Shown here: one piece after another, positions 1 through 14,771 of the stretch
How the letters are laid out: each line of letters starts with the position of its first letter
Position numbering within the stretch: position 1 is the stretch's first letter
Assembly: GCF_006345805.1 (NCBI RefSeq)
Contig: NC_042999.1
Location: 47,864,001-47,928,000 of the forward strand
Source of the DNA: Octopus sinensis
Lineage: Eukaryota
Reading direction: 5' to 3'
DNA length: 64,000 bases
Translations under genes and position numbers: made by a program
The notes under the pieces: model-generated
What the model was told of the DNA's origin: nothing
Seen by the model: only the letters and a program-made list of their open reading frames with translations
Databases searched by the model: none

Positions 1-30
1 CTTTCTTCTAAAGGTACAAGGCCTGATATT

Positions 31-176
31 TGTGGTAAGTAGCTTGCTTACAAACCACATGGTTCCGGATTCAGTCCCACTGCGTGGCACCTTGGGCAAG
101 TGTCTTCTAATGTAGCCTCGGGCCGACCAAAGCCTTGTGAGTGAATTTGGTAGATGGAAACTGAAAGAAGCACATC

Positions 177-246
<70 letters not shown>

Positions 247-453
247 TTATGTGTCTGTGTTTGTCCCTCCGACAACGCTTGACAATCGATGCTGGTATGT
301 TTACGTCTCCGTAACCTAGTGGTTCGGCACAAGAGACCGATAGAATAAGTACTAGACTTACAAAGAATAAGTTCTGGGGTCGATTTGCTCGACTAAAGGC
401 AGTGCTCCAGCATGGCCACAGTCACATGACTGAAACAAGTAAAGAGTAAAGAG
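31..453 (+). mobile_element. SINE family A (tRNA head, CORE-like segment, internal (TA)n(TG)n)
   Basis: Head TGTGGTAAGTAGCTTGCTTAC..GGTTCCGGATTCAGTCCCACTGCGTGGCACCTTGGGCAAGTGTC; internal microsatellite; 3' CTCCAGCATGGCCACAGTC..TGAAACAAGTAAAGAGTAAAGAG. Repeated about 14 times in the window. Confidence 0.9.
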
Positions 454-814
454 AAAGTATATCATACGAATGAGTAAATCATTTCTGTCAACTCGATGAG
501 GTAACAGGCATTTCAGAAAATAACAAGAGCATCCTGTTATTGAAATTCCAAAACGAATATGATATAAAACCAACCGTTTCAACCAAAGGTTGTAATTTGA
601 AAACTTACGAAGATAATATATTCTTCCGATTTCTGTTGATGGTAAACTTAATGCATTACTTCATTTAACACTTTTACACCGGAAAATTTGGTGACTTTAG
701 CAGATTCTGATCTGACGCCACATTGCCGATGACATCCTAAGACTTGTACCAGTCTCGAAGGCCTTGTAATGTGATAAGGGTGTTCTGTTCTCCCTTACAC
801 TCTTTTTCTTTTCT

Positions 815-1210
815 CCTTCTTTTACTTGTTTCAGTCATTTTGACTGCGGCCATGCTGGAGCATCGCCTTCAATCGAGCAAATCGATCCCAGGACTTATTC
901 TTTGAAGGCCTAGTACTTATTCTGTCGGTGTGTTTACGGAGACATAAACACACCAGCATCGGTTGTCAAGCGATGTTGGGGAGACTCACACACAAAAACA
1001 TATACACACACATGCATATATACATATATATAGATATATATATATACGACGGGATTCTTTCAGTTTCCGTCTACCATATCAACTCACAGGCCTTTGGTCG
1101 GACCGAGGTTATAGTAGAAGACACTTGCCCAAGGTGCCACGCAATGGGACTGAATCCGGAACCATGTGCTTGGTAAGCAAGCTACTTACCACTCAACCAA
1201 CCCTGCCCCT
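815..1210 (-). mobile_element. SINE family A
   Basis: Reverse-complement match to family A along its full length. Confidence 0.9.
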
Positions 1211-1770
1211 AAAATATAAAATAACGTACTACTCAATTGAATCGTAGTATGTACTCCAGAGATGTCAGTGGTTCTTCTGCAATCACTTAATAACGGGAAA
1301 TAAACCATAATTAACCAGTACAACTAAGTACATCATGATAAAAAGAAATTATGGCATTTCTTAAATAGCGAGTCAAATGATTATAAAAAATATGTGCTCT
1401 TTAAAAAAAATCAGGTTAAGTCTTTAAAATGTGATATATTACATACAGTAGTCTAAGAAATGCAATGTTTGAATTTAGCTCTTGTTGGCAGAGCTAAACT
1501 GGAGTAAAACAGCAGCAGAGTTCAATAACTAGGTGCAAGATAGGGTACCATAATATAAAGTTACCCGAATGTTCCACAAATAAGGCCTTTCAATTTTAAG
1601 ATGGGACGGACTATAATCGACATTTCTGAACATAGGCCTGCTTAATTAGGATTGACCTTGCATTTAATAAAAAGAATATTGGCAAGAGAGCAAGTAGTAC
1701 AATTAGTGTATATATAATGACTCCAATTAGGATGAAAAACAAATTAGTGAAGTTAGTCACAAATACTTTC

Positions 1771-1915
1771 ACACACACAAACGCACGCATACACATATAC
1801 ACAAATACACAAACACACACACAAACGCACGCATACACATATACACAAATACACAAACACACACACAAACGCACGCATACAGATATACACAAATACACAA
1901 ACAATCGCATAGACA
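1771..1915. repeat. About 44-bp tandem repeat (roughly 3 copies) built from CA/TA dinucleotides
   Basis: Unit ACACACACACAAACGCACGCATACACATATACACAAATACACAA repeated. Confidence 0.8.
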
Positions 1916-2309
1916 TATATAAAAAATATGCGTACACACATACATATTGTGTATATGCGTATGTGTGTGCGTGTAAGTGTATGTGTGAGACTGTATATGC
2001 TTGTTTGTGTCTACTGGCAAATGAGAAATCAATGCAAAATTCTGTCAACTTGCTCTAAAATATAACATTGTTAAAACACTTGCAAAGAGCATTTCTGGAA
2101 TAACAATAAAAATATGGCACTGTCTGGTTTGTTCTCATCTGATTCATTGTTTTCCCTTGTGTATATTAATCAATATGGACGCAACCATTGAAAAATAGTT
2201 AAGGAGCGTGTATCTCAATGAAGAGGAGCCGGTTTCTATTGCGCTACGTTACATAGCGAGCAGGTATTATATTAGAGTAAACACTACTCTCGTAGCCGTG
2301 TCACAAACT

Positions 2310-5240
<2,931 letters not shown>

Positions 5241-5244
5241 ATGT

Positions 5245-5445
5245 ATATATAAATGCATATATGGTTACAGGACATCAAAAGAACTCTGAGCACAATGAGA
5301 AACGAAAACATGAAAACAAAAACATAGAAACGAACTTTTTTCAAACAACGAAAAAACAGAGTACAAGACTTACAACACTAGGAATATTCCCCTTCTTCAA
5401 TTGTCCTCGTTTCATCTACTCCGCATTTTCGAAGGTAAGAACATA
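5245..5445. repeat. Unclassified dispersed repeat, copy 1 (possibly Penelope-derived)
   Basis: Shares GG(T)TACAGGACATCAAAA..CAAAAACATAGAAA(A)CGAAC..ATTCCC..TCTACTC with 44765-44935. Confidence 0.65.
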
Positions 5446-5813
5446 TATATATATCCATATATGCAAACAAAATATGCAAACATCTGGTAATGTAAAAGAA
5501 AATTAAGTTTCTATAGGGCTATCGGAGCACTTTCATATGCATAACAGTTCATGGAGATTTTTTTCTTTTAATTTGTTTAACCCATCACGGTTAACTGACG
5601 CAGAGAAGAAGTAAGATCTTTAGAGTTTAGCGCAAAATGATTCTTTCTGGAAACACTAATTACTGAATCTACATAATTATTGATTCATACTTTTAGGCCA
5701 AAACCACTAGCCTTCTGCACAGTGTTATGTTTTAAAATGTGAAGGACTAGTACAATATTCATATTTATTTTTATCGATTCGGTAAGTATTGATGATTAGA
5801 TAGCATTTTATTA

Positions 5814-6122
5814 TTTTACTTGTTACAGTTAGGTGACTTCGGCCATGCTGTAGCACCACCTAGAAAGTTTTTAATCGAACAAATAGAGTCCAGGTCTTTG
5901 TAATTATTCTATCGGCCTATTTTGCCGAACCGCTAATTTACCGCGGACGTAAACACACCAACACCGGTTGTCAAGTTTCCGTCTACCAAATACACTCACG
6001 TGGCTTTAGTCAGCGTGAGGCTGTAACAAAAAGACACTTGCCCAAGGTGCCATGCATTTGGACTGAACATGGCCGGAACTATGTGCTTGAGAAGTAAGCT
6101 TCTCACAACACAGTTACACCTG
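5814..6122 (-). mobile_element. SINE family A, degenerate, internally deleted (no microsatellite)
   Basis: GCCGAACCGCTAA, ACCGGTTGTCAAG joined directly to TTTCCGTCTACCAAA, GACACTTGCCCAAGGTGCC. Confidence 0.75.
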
Positions 6123-6803
6123 GACCAGATATACTGTAAGAGGGCCGTCTAGCCGCTGGCAGTACCAGCAGACCAGTGAATTGTGAGTAATTTCCTCGTT
6201 CCGTACTAGACAACTGCCTTACTAGAGACAGCACCCAGCCAACCTTACAGCATATAATTAGAGACGCGACGGCCAGTCGCTGATCTAGTTTAACATTTCA
6301 GAATGAGATCTATGTAGTAACGGTACTGGATATTAAAGTGTATTTGCCAACATTGATATAAAAGTAGTTCTTTTTCTCCTTATGAGATCAGCGACTGACA
6401 GTCACTTCGATAAGTATATATTGTGAGTAAGGTCGGATAGCTGCTGTCTCAAGCCAGACGCTTGTCCAGTACCGAAAAAATGGAAATTACCCAGAAACTT
6501 TTGGTCTGCTGGTAGTGACAACGGGTAGAATAGTTCGGCAAAAGGAGCCGGTAGAATAATTGCAACGCATAAAATCAAGCAAGTCCTGGACTCTATTTGT
6601 TCAATTAAAACATTTTTAGGTGCTGCTACAGCATGGCCGCAGTAGTAGTAAGCCGCCTTACTTACAGTATATCTTTGACAGAGACCATGTGTCATTAACT
6701 CAGCTGGGAAAGCTGGTTTCCCGGGGTTAAAAAGTAGTAACACAATCGTATGTAGGACGATCATGCAATGTTGACAAATATACTAAACTTTAAGATATTA
6801 TAT

Positions 6804-6835
<32 letters not shown>

Positions 6836-6891
6836 ATATATATATATATACACATACACACACACACACATACACATATAATATATGTGTA

Positions 6892-6929
<38 letters not shown>

Positions 6930-8299
6930 GCGTGTGCGCGTCAGGGAGTGTGTGAAAGAGAAAAAGAAGGAGCAGGAGAAATATTCCACCAGTTTAATTT
7001 GAACGTAAACGCAACGAAGGAAACTTTATGAAATTATTCTATAAACCATAAATGTATTCTAAGACTTCAACTCTTTCATTGTCAGTAGGTTCTATAACAT
7101 AATGCATTCCGATGCCTTAAGATTAAACACAACCGATGAACATCTGAGTGGGATGCATAACATAGAGTTCGTAATTCTTGCAATTTGCCAGAACATTTGC
7201 AGGTGAGATGGAATTGTGTAATCGGGAGATCAAAACCATGTCAATATCTTGGTTGGCAACATGATTATATCTAACACAAGTCACATGTAGTTCTTGTTTT
7301 CTTTCCTACTTAGCAACGTGTTTGAATGCGGTGGTGGATTTGTATGTTATGTTGCATGTGTGAATGTGCATATCAGTGTTGTGTGTAATGTGTGTACCTG
7401 CTCTATTTCCCAGTCTGCCGGTTCTACTGTGAGAAAACTTGATTTAGAAATATTACTGACCTTTTCAACATCATGTACTTTATCTCAATTAATAACTCAC
7501 AAACATTCACCGCAAATAAGTAATAAACATCCAGGCTGGATATGCAATTCAAAATATATCTCAGTGATGATCAAATTATCGATCGCTTCTCATATATTCA
7601 ACACATATGTGTCTGTGTATGTGTATGTGTGTGTTTGTATGTCTTTGTGTGAGTGCATGCGTGCTTGTATGTGTTCATGTGCGTGTGTACATTTGCGTGT
7701 GTGTGTACGTGGGCACTTTTGTGTGATCACAAACGCGAGTATATGTACGTGTGTATGTGTGAAAGAGAAAGACAGAGAGACAGAGAGAAAGAGCGAGAAA
7801 AAGACAGTGTGTAGGTCTGCCTTTGTAACATAATGCCGATTAACAGCCATTGCTATGACCCGTTAATAATGAGATCATATTAAGGAATGCAAATGCAAGG
7901 AGAATAATAATATTGATTTCTAGCATAGACCCATGTCATCAAATATGGGGATAAGTATAAGCACTAGATCGAACACATTACTCACACGGTTCAACTTGTT
8001 TCACTGACACCAAAGAGATGAAAGGAATTTTGAAATCCTGCAAGAATTAGTCTAAAGCTATACTGCTGATTGCAGATTGCTGATTGCAACCGCCCTCTTG
8101 TATACAATAACACGGAGGCATAATAATGTAAAATGTTAGAAGATTATGTAAATGTCATTTTACGTTTTCATTTTGTATTAGAGGATACGTTGTTTCAGTT
8201 TCTAGACAAAGAAATAACATAATAAAAATCTCCCAGTCACTTACTTTTTCTCTTTCACTTCGGTCACCTTTTCTCTGTGCACGGAAATCCATTTATCAA

Positions 8300-8307
8300 T
8301 CAATCAG

Positions 8308-8342
<35 letters not shown>

Positions 8343-8343
8343 C

Positions 8344-8397
<54 letters not shown>

Positions 8398-8410
8398 CAT
8401 CTATCTATCT
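8300..8410. repeat. (TCTA)n microsatellite
   Basis: Direct reading. Confidence 0.95.
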
Positions 8411-8472
8411 ACCTACACACCCATATATATATATGTATAAGATTATATTATATATATATATATATATATTTA

Positions 8473-8560
8473 TAAATGTAATATGTGACGGTTATTCGGT
8501 AGCCATGATGAAACTCGAGTTTTATCATGGCTACCGAATAATTGTCACATATTACATTTA
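8473..8560. repeat. 88-bp loopless palindrome (44-bp arms, 41/44 complementary)
   Basis: TAAATGTAATATGTGACGGTTATTCGGTAGCCATGATGAAACTC|GAGTTTTATCATGGCTACCGAATAATTGTCACATATTACATTTA. Confidence 0.95.
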
Positions 8561-8677
8561 CAGATAAATTCCTCTATTTACATAATATCGAGGTCACTTT
8601 CATTCTTTTGCTGTCTTATCATTTCTATCAATATATATTTATTTATATATAGTATACATATATATGCATATGTATAT

Positions 8678-8719
<42 letters not shown>

Positions 8720-9333
8720 GTATATATATATATGTGTGTCTACACACATATTCCTTTTACAGAGGCATATATGCGTATACACGCACAAATACAAACACAA
8801 GCCCACGATCAAATCATATTTAGTGAGAAAATACTACTCTATCCTCCGAAATCGTCAGAAACGGTAAATGTACCTAATAGACAGAAAAATTCACAAATGA
8901 GAAAAATTATCATTCGTTAGCTATAATGTTAAAGATTCTGGATGTTCAATTGTCTTCCAATATAAGATTTAGCCTAATGGTCTCTATACCAATTGGGTAC
9001 GATGTTTAGGCAATTTATCCTATAGAAATGACACAAAGAAGTAAAACATAGATGTATCAATGTGATTGGATAGATGAAAGTAACAACAAAAGGAGTTGAT
9101 GTATATTTGAGGTTAATGACTGGGACAGGGAAACGTAAGACTTCTTACATTGAAATAAATCATTTGTAATTTGTAGATAAAGTAAAACATTATTCAATTG
9201 CTATATAAATAAAACCAACGAAAACAATAGGATACAACAGTTCAACAATTGCCATGCGAAATGAACTAAGAAAACGTACGAAAACGTCATGTATGATGTT
9301 CTCAGACGAATAATATAGAGTGAAGTTTATATA

Positions 9334-9506
9334 GGCGTAGGAGTAGCTGTGTGGTAAGTAGCTTGCTTACGAACCACATGGTTCCGGGTTCAGTCCCACT
9401 GCGTGGTACCTTGGGCAAATATCTTCTACTCTAGCCTCGGGCCGACCAAAACTTTGTGAGTGGATTTGGTAGACGGAAACTGAAAGAAGCCCGTCGTATA
9501 TGTATG

Positions 9507-9568
<62 letters not shown>

Positions 9569-9752
9569 TTTGTGTGTGCATTTGTGTGTGTTTGTGTGTC
9601 TGTCTTTGTTCCCCAACATCGCTGACAACCGATGCTGGTGTGTTTACTAGGCTTACAAAGCATAAGTCCTGCGGTCGATTTGCTCGACTAAAACGGCAGT
9701 GCTCCAGCATGGCCACAGTCAAATGACTGAAGGAAGTAAAAGAGTAAAAGAG
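9334..9752 (+). mobile_element. SINE family A, full length
   Basis: Starts GGCGTAGGAGTAGCTGTGTGGTAAGTAGC; ends AAAAGAGTAAAAGAG. Confidence 0.9.
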
Positions 9753-10370
9753 TATACATCGTAATCTGAAAGCTAAAAGAGATATTTGTGTGACTTGATG
9801 AAAGGTAGGACGTGGTAGACTGGGAATCGGTAGATATAGAACTGTTAAAAAGAGACGACATGAGAGAGGAGTAGGGGAAAAGCATAAACATAGGGAAGAA
9901 AGAATGAGAGGAAGAGAATGGAAGTGCATCTCAGCAGTCGGGAGTGTTTGAAGCTTATCTGCGAGCATTGAAATGCTGGCCTGTTTAGGTTGTTTGTTGA
10001 GAAGTTGAAGATTGGCATATCCTATTGTAACGTTCTTTCGAAGTAAGCAAACATGGAGTCAGTGCGTCTGTAACGTACAGTGTTAAGGTTGCGAGTGCAT
10101 GACGCATGATTAAAGAAATTTAAGGTAGAATAAGGGTAGTATCATCTATGAAATTTGGGTGTTATAGGACATGTAGAAAGAAGTAGCCCAGTGGAAAGTC
10201 TCCATCTGCTCGTGACAGTATTTTATCCTAAAAATTATAGCGAAAGTATGCTGTCTAACTGAACTCGTCTGAAAATGGCGGCTGCCTTTATAGAATGTTC
10301 GTAAGAAAGACGAAGTGAGGTACGCACACAGAAAAACTAATTAAGCTTCCAGAAAACTATTTGAAACTGA

Positions 10371-10411
<41 letters not shown>

Positions 10412-10419
10412 TATATAAA

Positions 10420-10509
10420 GTTAATCCAAACATGAAAACACAAAGAGAAAACACAACGCGCGAACATGGAGCAAGTATAGTGTTATTGGACGCTCAGGAA
10501 AGGAAAGAA

Positions 10510-10510
<1 letters not shown>
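10420..10510 (-). mobile_element. 3' fragment of putative Penelope-like repeat (subfamily H1)
   Basis: GTTAATCCAAACATGAA..CAAGTATAGTGTTATTGGACGCTCAGGAAAGGAAAGAA matches 14225-14315. Confidence 0.55.
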
Positions 10511-10745
<235 letters not shown>

Positions 10746-11560
10746 ATTCACGTAATAACCTTAGAGAAGATTATGATTTTATTACCATGTCTGAGTTAAT
10801 GATGGTAGCAGTTGGGTAGGAAAAATTGACACAAAACCATTTCACATTTCATAAAGAAAATGAAAGTCACTGACAAAAAGATGTGAATTTATATAAATCC
10901 ATTACCGTACTGTCTTCAGAAAGTACTATAATATTTCAAAGAATAAAATTAACGTAAATATCTGAATGACAGGCAATTTCATTAGAATTCTAAATCATAG
11001 CAACTCATATTTGCAATGCAATGTGCATTTTTGTGGCAAATATGCATTTTTGTCGAAAGCCATTTCACTTCGGTTAAGCTATTAATGCCCTTAGTAAAGA
11101 TATGGGCTTTGCAACATCTTACCATTACGTTGCATGCAACACACTGCAATTATTGAATCATTCATACTAAAATATAATTAAATCAACGTTTCAAAAATAT
11201 GAAATTTGTTTTACAGGAAATTAGTGAATATTTTGCATTCAATAAGCAATAGCAGAAAGAAGACAACGCTGCAGGGACAGGCTTTAGAGAACACTATATT
11301 AGCTTAATGCTTCAAAAGAAGTGTTTTAACTATTTGTGGGTAATAAATCGTCAGAAAAATGAGAGAAATATATGAGGGGAGTGAGATTGAGAAAAGTTGT
11401 TAGAAAAAAAAGAAAAACGGGTCAAGGTTTAAAAACCGAATGGGAACGTTAAAAAGAAAGGAGAAGATTGTATTCATTTTAAGAAATGCGCATATGGTGT
11501 GGTTATGTGTGTACTTTTAGAAAAGTGTATATATATATATTCTCTCTCTCTCTCTCTCTC

Positions 11561-11629
<69 letters not shown>

Positions 11630-12098
11630 GTGTGGTATTATAGTGGCGTACGGTAATGGAGTCTGAGGAGATGCTGATTATGTAAGCGTTCAATATGAAG
11701 TGTGTATGTGTGTGAATGTGTGTGTATCTGTGTGAACGTGAGTGTGTGTTTGTGTTAGTGTGTGTGTGATAGTACCCATATTCAGTGACGAAATAAAATG
11801 TCGGGGAAATATACTATAAAGACATATCGGATGTTGATACAAGAAACATAGTTCAATAATATAAGTCATTTCTTAGGTATCTAAAATCTGGATAAAATCC
11901 GAAGCTGAGCGTTTGCCGGTAAACTTAAAACTCAAGATTCCAGTATCCTACCGTTCTGTATTTTAGAGACTCACCCCTAATATCTAAATCCATACCTGTT
12001 TCAAAATATTATTATCAGATATACACTGCTGCAGATTCGATTGTCATCGCAATTGTCAGTGAAGTAGAGCATGTTGACAATTGTATGAATAATCAATA

Positions 12099-12303
12099 GC
12101 ATAGGGGTTGCTGTGTGGTAAGTAGCTAGGCGTAGGAGTGACTGTGTGGTAAGTAGCTTGCTTACGAACCACATGGTTCCGGGTTCAGTCCCACTGCATG
12201 GCACATTGGGCAAGTGTCTTCTACTATAGCCTCGGGCCAGCCAAAACATTGTGAGTGGATTTGGTAGACGGAAACTGAAAGAAGCCTGCCGTATATATGT
12301 ATG

Positions 12304-12334
<31 letters not shown>

Positions 12335-12338
12335 GCAC

Positions 12339-12370
<32 letters not shown>

Positions 12371-12371
12371 G

Positions 12372-12425
<54 letters not shown>

Positions 12426-12642
12426 TATATGTATATGTGTGTGCGTGTGTGTATGTTTGTGTGTCTGTGTTTGTCCCCCAATATGGCTTGACAACCGATG
12501 CTGGTGCGTTTCCGTGCCCGTAATCTAGCGGTTCGGCAAAAGAGTCCGATAGAATAAGTCCTGGGGTCAATTTGCTCGATTAAAGGCAATGCTCCAGCTT
12601 GGCCACAGTAAAATGATTGAAATAAGTAAGAGTAAAAAAGAG
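12099..12642 (+). mobile_element. SINE family A with a duplicated 5' head and expanded internal microsatellite
   Basis: GCATAGGGGTTGCTGTGTGGTAAGTAGCTA directly followed by GGCGTAGGAGTGACTGTGTGGTAAGTAGC. Confidence 0.88.
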
Positions 12643-13301
12643 TGTATTGTATTCTAAATCGAACCCGCAGTCGGCTTTCGACTTTTTGGCGATGTATATT
12701 TATATTCCTTACGTAATGAACAACCTTGCAAAATGAACGAATGTCAAAATTCGGAAAAGTAAATATTTTACTTTAATGTGGGCGGCCTATGCTTTTTGAT
12801 AAAAAATTAAAAAAACGCAGTAAAGAAAATAAAAGAATTATTATAATGACATAATCTATTCTGACGGTAAATTTTTCTTTCAACCACATTTCAGGTATAT
12901 TTATATCAAGTATATTACTGGAAAAATAAACTTAATATTTAGGAATAAATGTTGAGAATATATTACTAACAATACATTAATAGATATTCATAGATAGATC
13001 ATTTTAAAATAAGATAAAGTGAATGTAGATACAGAGTTTGAATGGATGCTAATCATGCAATTATTTATGTCATATATTGATTTGTAACATAGATATAAAA
13101 ATGTAAATTCTGAAAGAGGGTACACTATACTCAATTATATGAACTTAGGAAGGAGAGTAGAAACCTAGGAAGGACGCTAGGAACCTAGGAAGGACAACAG
13201 GAAAAGTGGACTTCAATATTGATTTGAGCTTGTAAAGGTATTTTCAAAATCAGAATTTTCCAACGCTACGGTTTCTAGCATTCGCTGTACAGAAATATAA
13301 A

Positions 13302-14050
13302 CATGGTTTTCGGACTATATTTGACGATTCGCAAGAAGCAAAGAAGGAAAAGAAAACAATATTCGATCCAAAATTAAAGTGTTTTAAAAATAATTTTTAA
13401 AAAATCAATTATATTATGGCTGGGAGATAGCAATCTACTCAGAGTAGCAGCCTTCACCTTCCACCACAACATCAAGACCGCTCCGCGACCTGACGCATGC
13501 GTTGCTCACTGTATCCCTTGGGATATCTTCGAAAACTAACTTGATGTTGGCAGTCAGCTTAGACTTGGCGTTATAGATAGAGCGGTTTTTATTTTTCTCT
13601 ACCCTGCCGCGTTGAACCGTGTGAATTAGGAGGACAGATAGTGAAGTCGCTGAAATCCTCCAACTAACACCTTTGACACTTTCCGGAATATGACAAGAAA
13701 CTAAGTCAGGCTCCCACACATATGGCCTTTCAGCAGCAACATCCTTCGGGCAGAGGTGGTCTACAGTCTCTAGGAGCTTCACAGGCCTGTTCAAAGACTT
13801 GGGGCGGCATGCCGTTACCCTTACTGGAGACATATCCAAATACCTATATAGTTTGGATGAACGTGGTTTTCATGACAACTATGTGACGTCTAGCTGTCTT
13901 TACTGTGAAAACGCAGCATTGGGCAGCAGTCATGATATAGGGCTTGTGATGCTCATCTCGAGGAATCATGTTACAGGTAACTCTTTTCCATTAGTCAGAT
14001 GGATTCCAGTCCTACATGTCAGTTAACTTTTCCTCAACTTTAACATTTAT
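13302..14050 (-). pseudogene. Tc1/mariner (maT/DD37D-like) transposase 3' half with right end
   Basis: Minus-strand frames give VFGYVSSKGNGMPPQVF, KLLETV..VAAERPYVWEPD..CH, KLVFEDIPRDTVSNACVRSRSGLDVVVEGEGCYSE*; TIR-like CATGGTTTTCGGACTATATTTGAC near 13302; homologous to 61517-62421. Confidence 0.75.
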
Positions 14051-14224
14051 GCTCATAAATGTCGTTGATTTGCACCTATACACCAAGCTGTTCCTTGTAA
14101 AAGGAGACAATGTATCGTGAAATTTAGCCCGAACATCCCGGGTATATGTAGAGAAGTACACATACACACACACACGCACACACAAACACACATACACACA
14201 CACACATACACACGCACAGACATA

Positions 14225-14430
14225 TAGTTAATCGAAACATGAACAAAGAGAATACACAACAACGCGAGGACGTGGAACAAGTATAGTGTTATTGGAGGCC
14301 CTGGAAAGGAAAGAAAGAAGGAAGACTTAACATTTCGAGCGGAGCTCTTCGTCAGAAACATAGAAAAAGGAAAGGTCCAAGGAAGGGAAAACGGAGAAAG
14401 AAAATCGCCAACAATACAAACGCGGTCACA
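14225..14430 (-). mobile_element. Putative Penelope-like pLTR fragment with hammerhead-like core (subfamily H1)
   Basis: Minus strand CTGACGAAGAGCTCCGCTCGAAATGTTAAGTC at 14324-14355; homologous to 48750-48950. Confidence 0.6.
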
Positions 14431-14437
14431 TACATAC

Positions 14438-14468
<31 letters not shown>

Positions 14469-14771
14469 ATAGAGAGAGAGAGAGAGACAGAGGGAGGGAG
14501 AGCGAGAGAGCGAATGCACTTCCCTCATCATACCACCGATATTTTCCATGATGAATGTTGCCAGCTAGGTGCTAGTGTTTCCGTGCTCATTGTTCTTCGA
14601 ACGTAAAAACCGGTAAAGTATAACTGTAAGGTACGATTTTCGAAGCTCTAAAAGTCCTGCTACTCTATCGCCTTTGTTACGTACTTATTGTTATTATTGA
14701 TTTGCTCAGAAATGAGGAAAAGCATTATTCGAAATTAGGGCGAAGTTGCTTGGAACAAATTGCAAGAAATA

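Noticed and set aside
9334-9405. tRNA-like heads with A- and B-box motifs
   Set aside because: They are SINE heads running directly into SINE bodies; no complete cloverleaf tRNA gene was found.
13435-13839. 134-aa ORF as a novel host gene
   Set aside because: Explained as a frameshifted Tc1/mariner-type transposase C-terminus.
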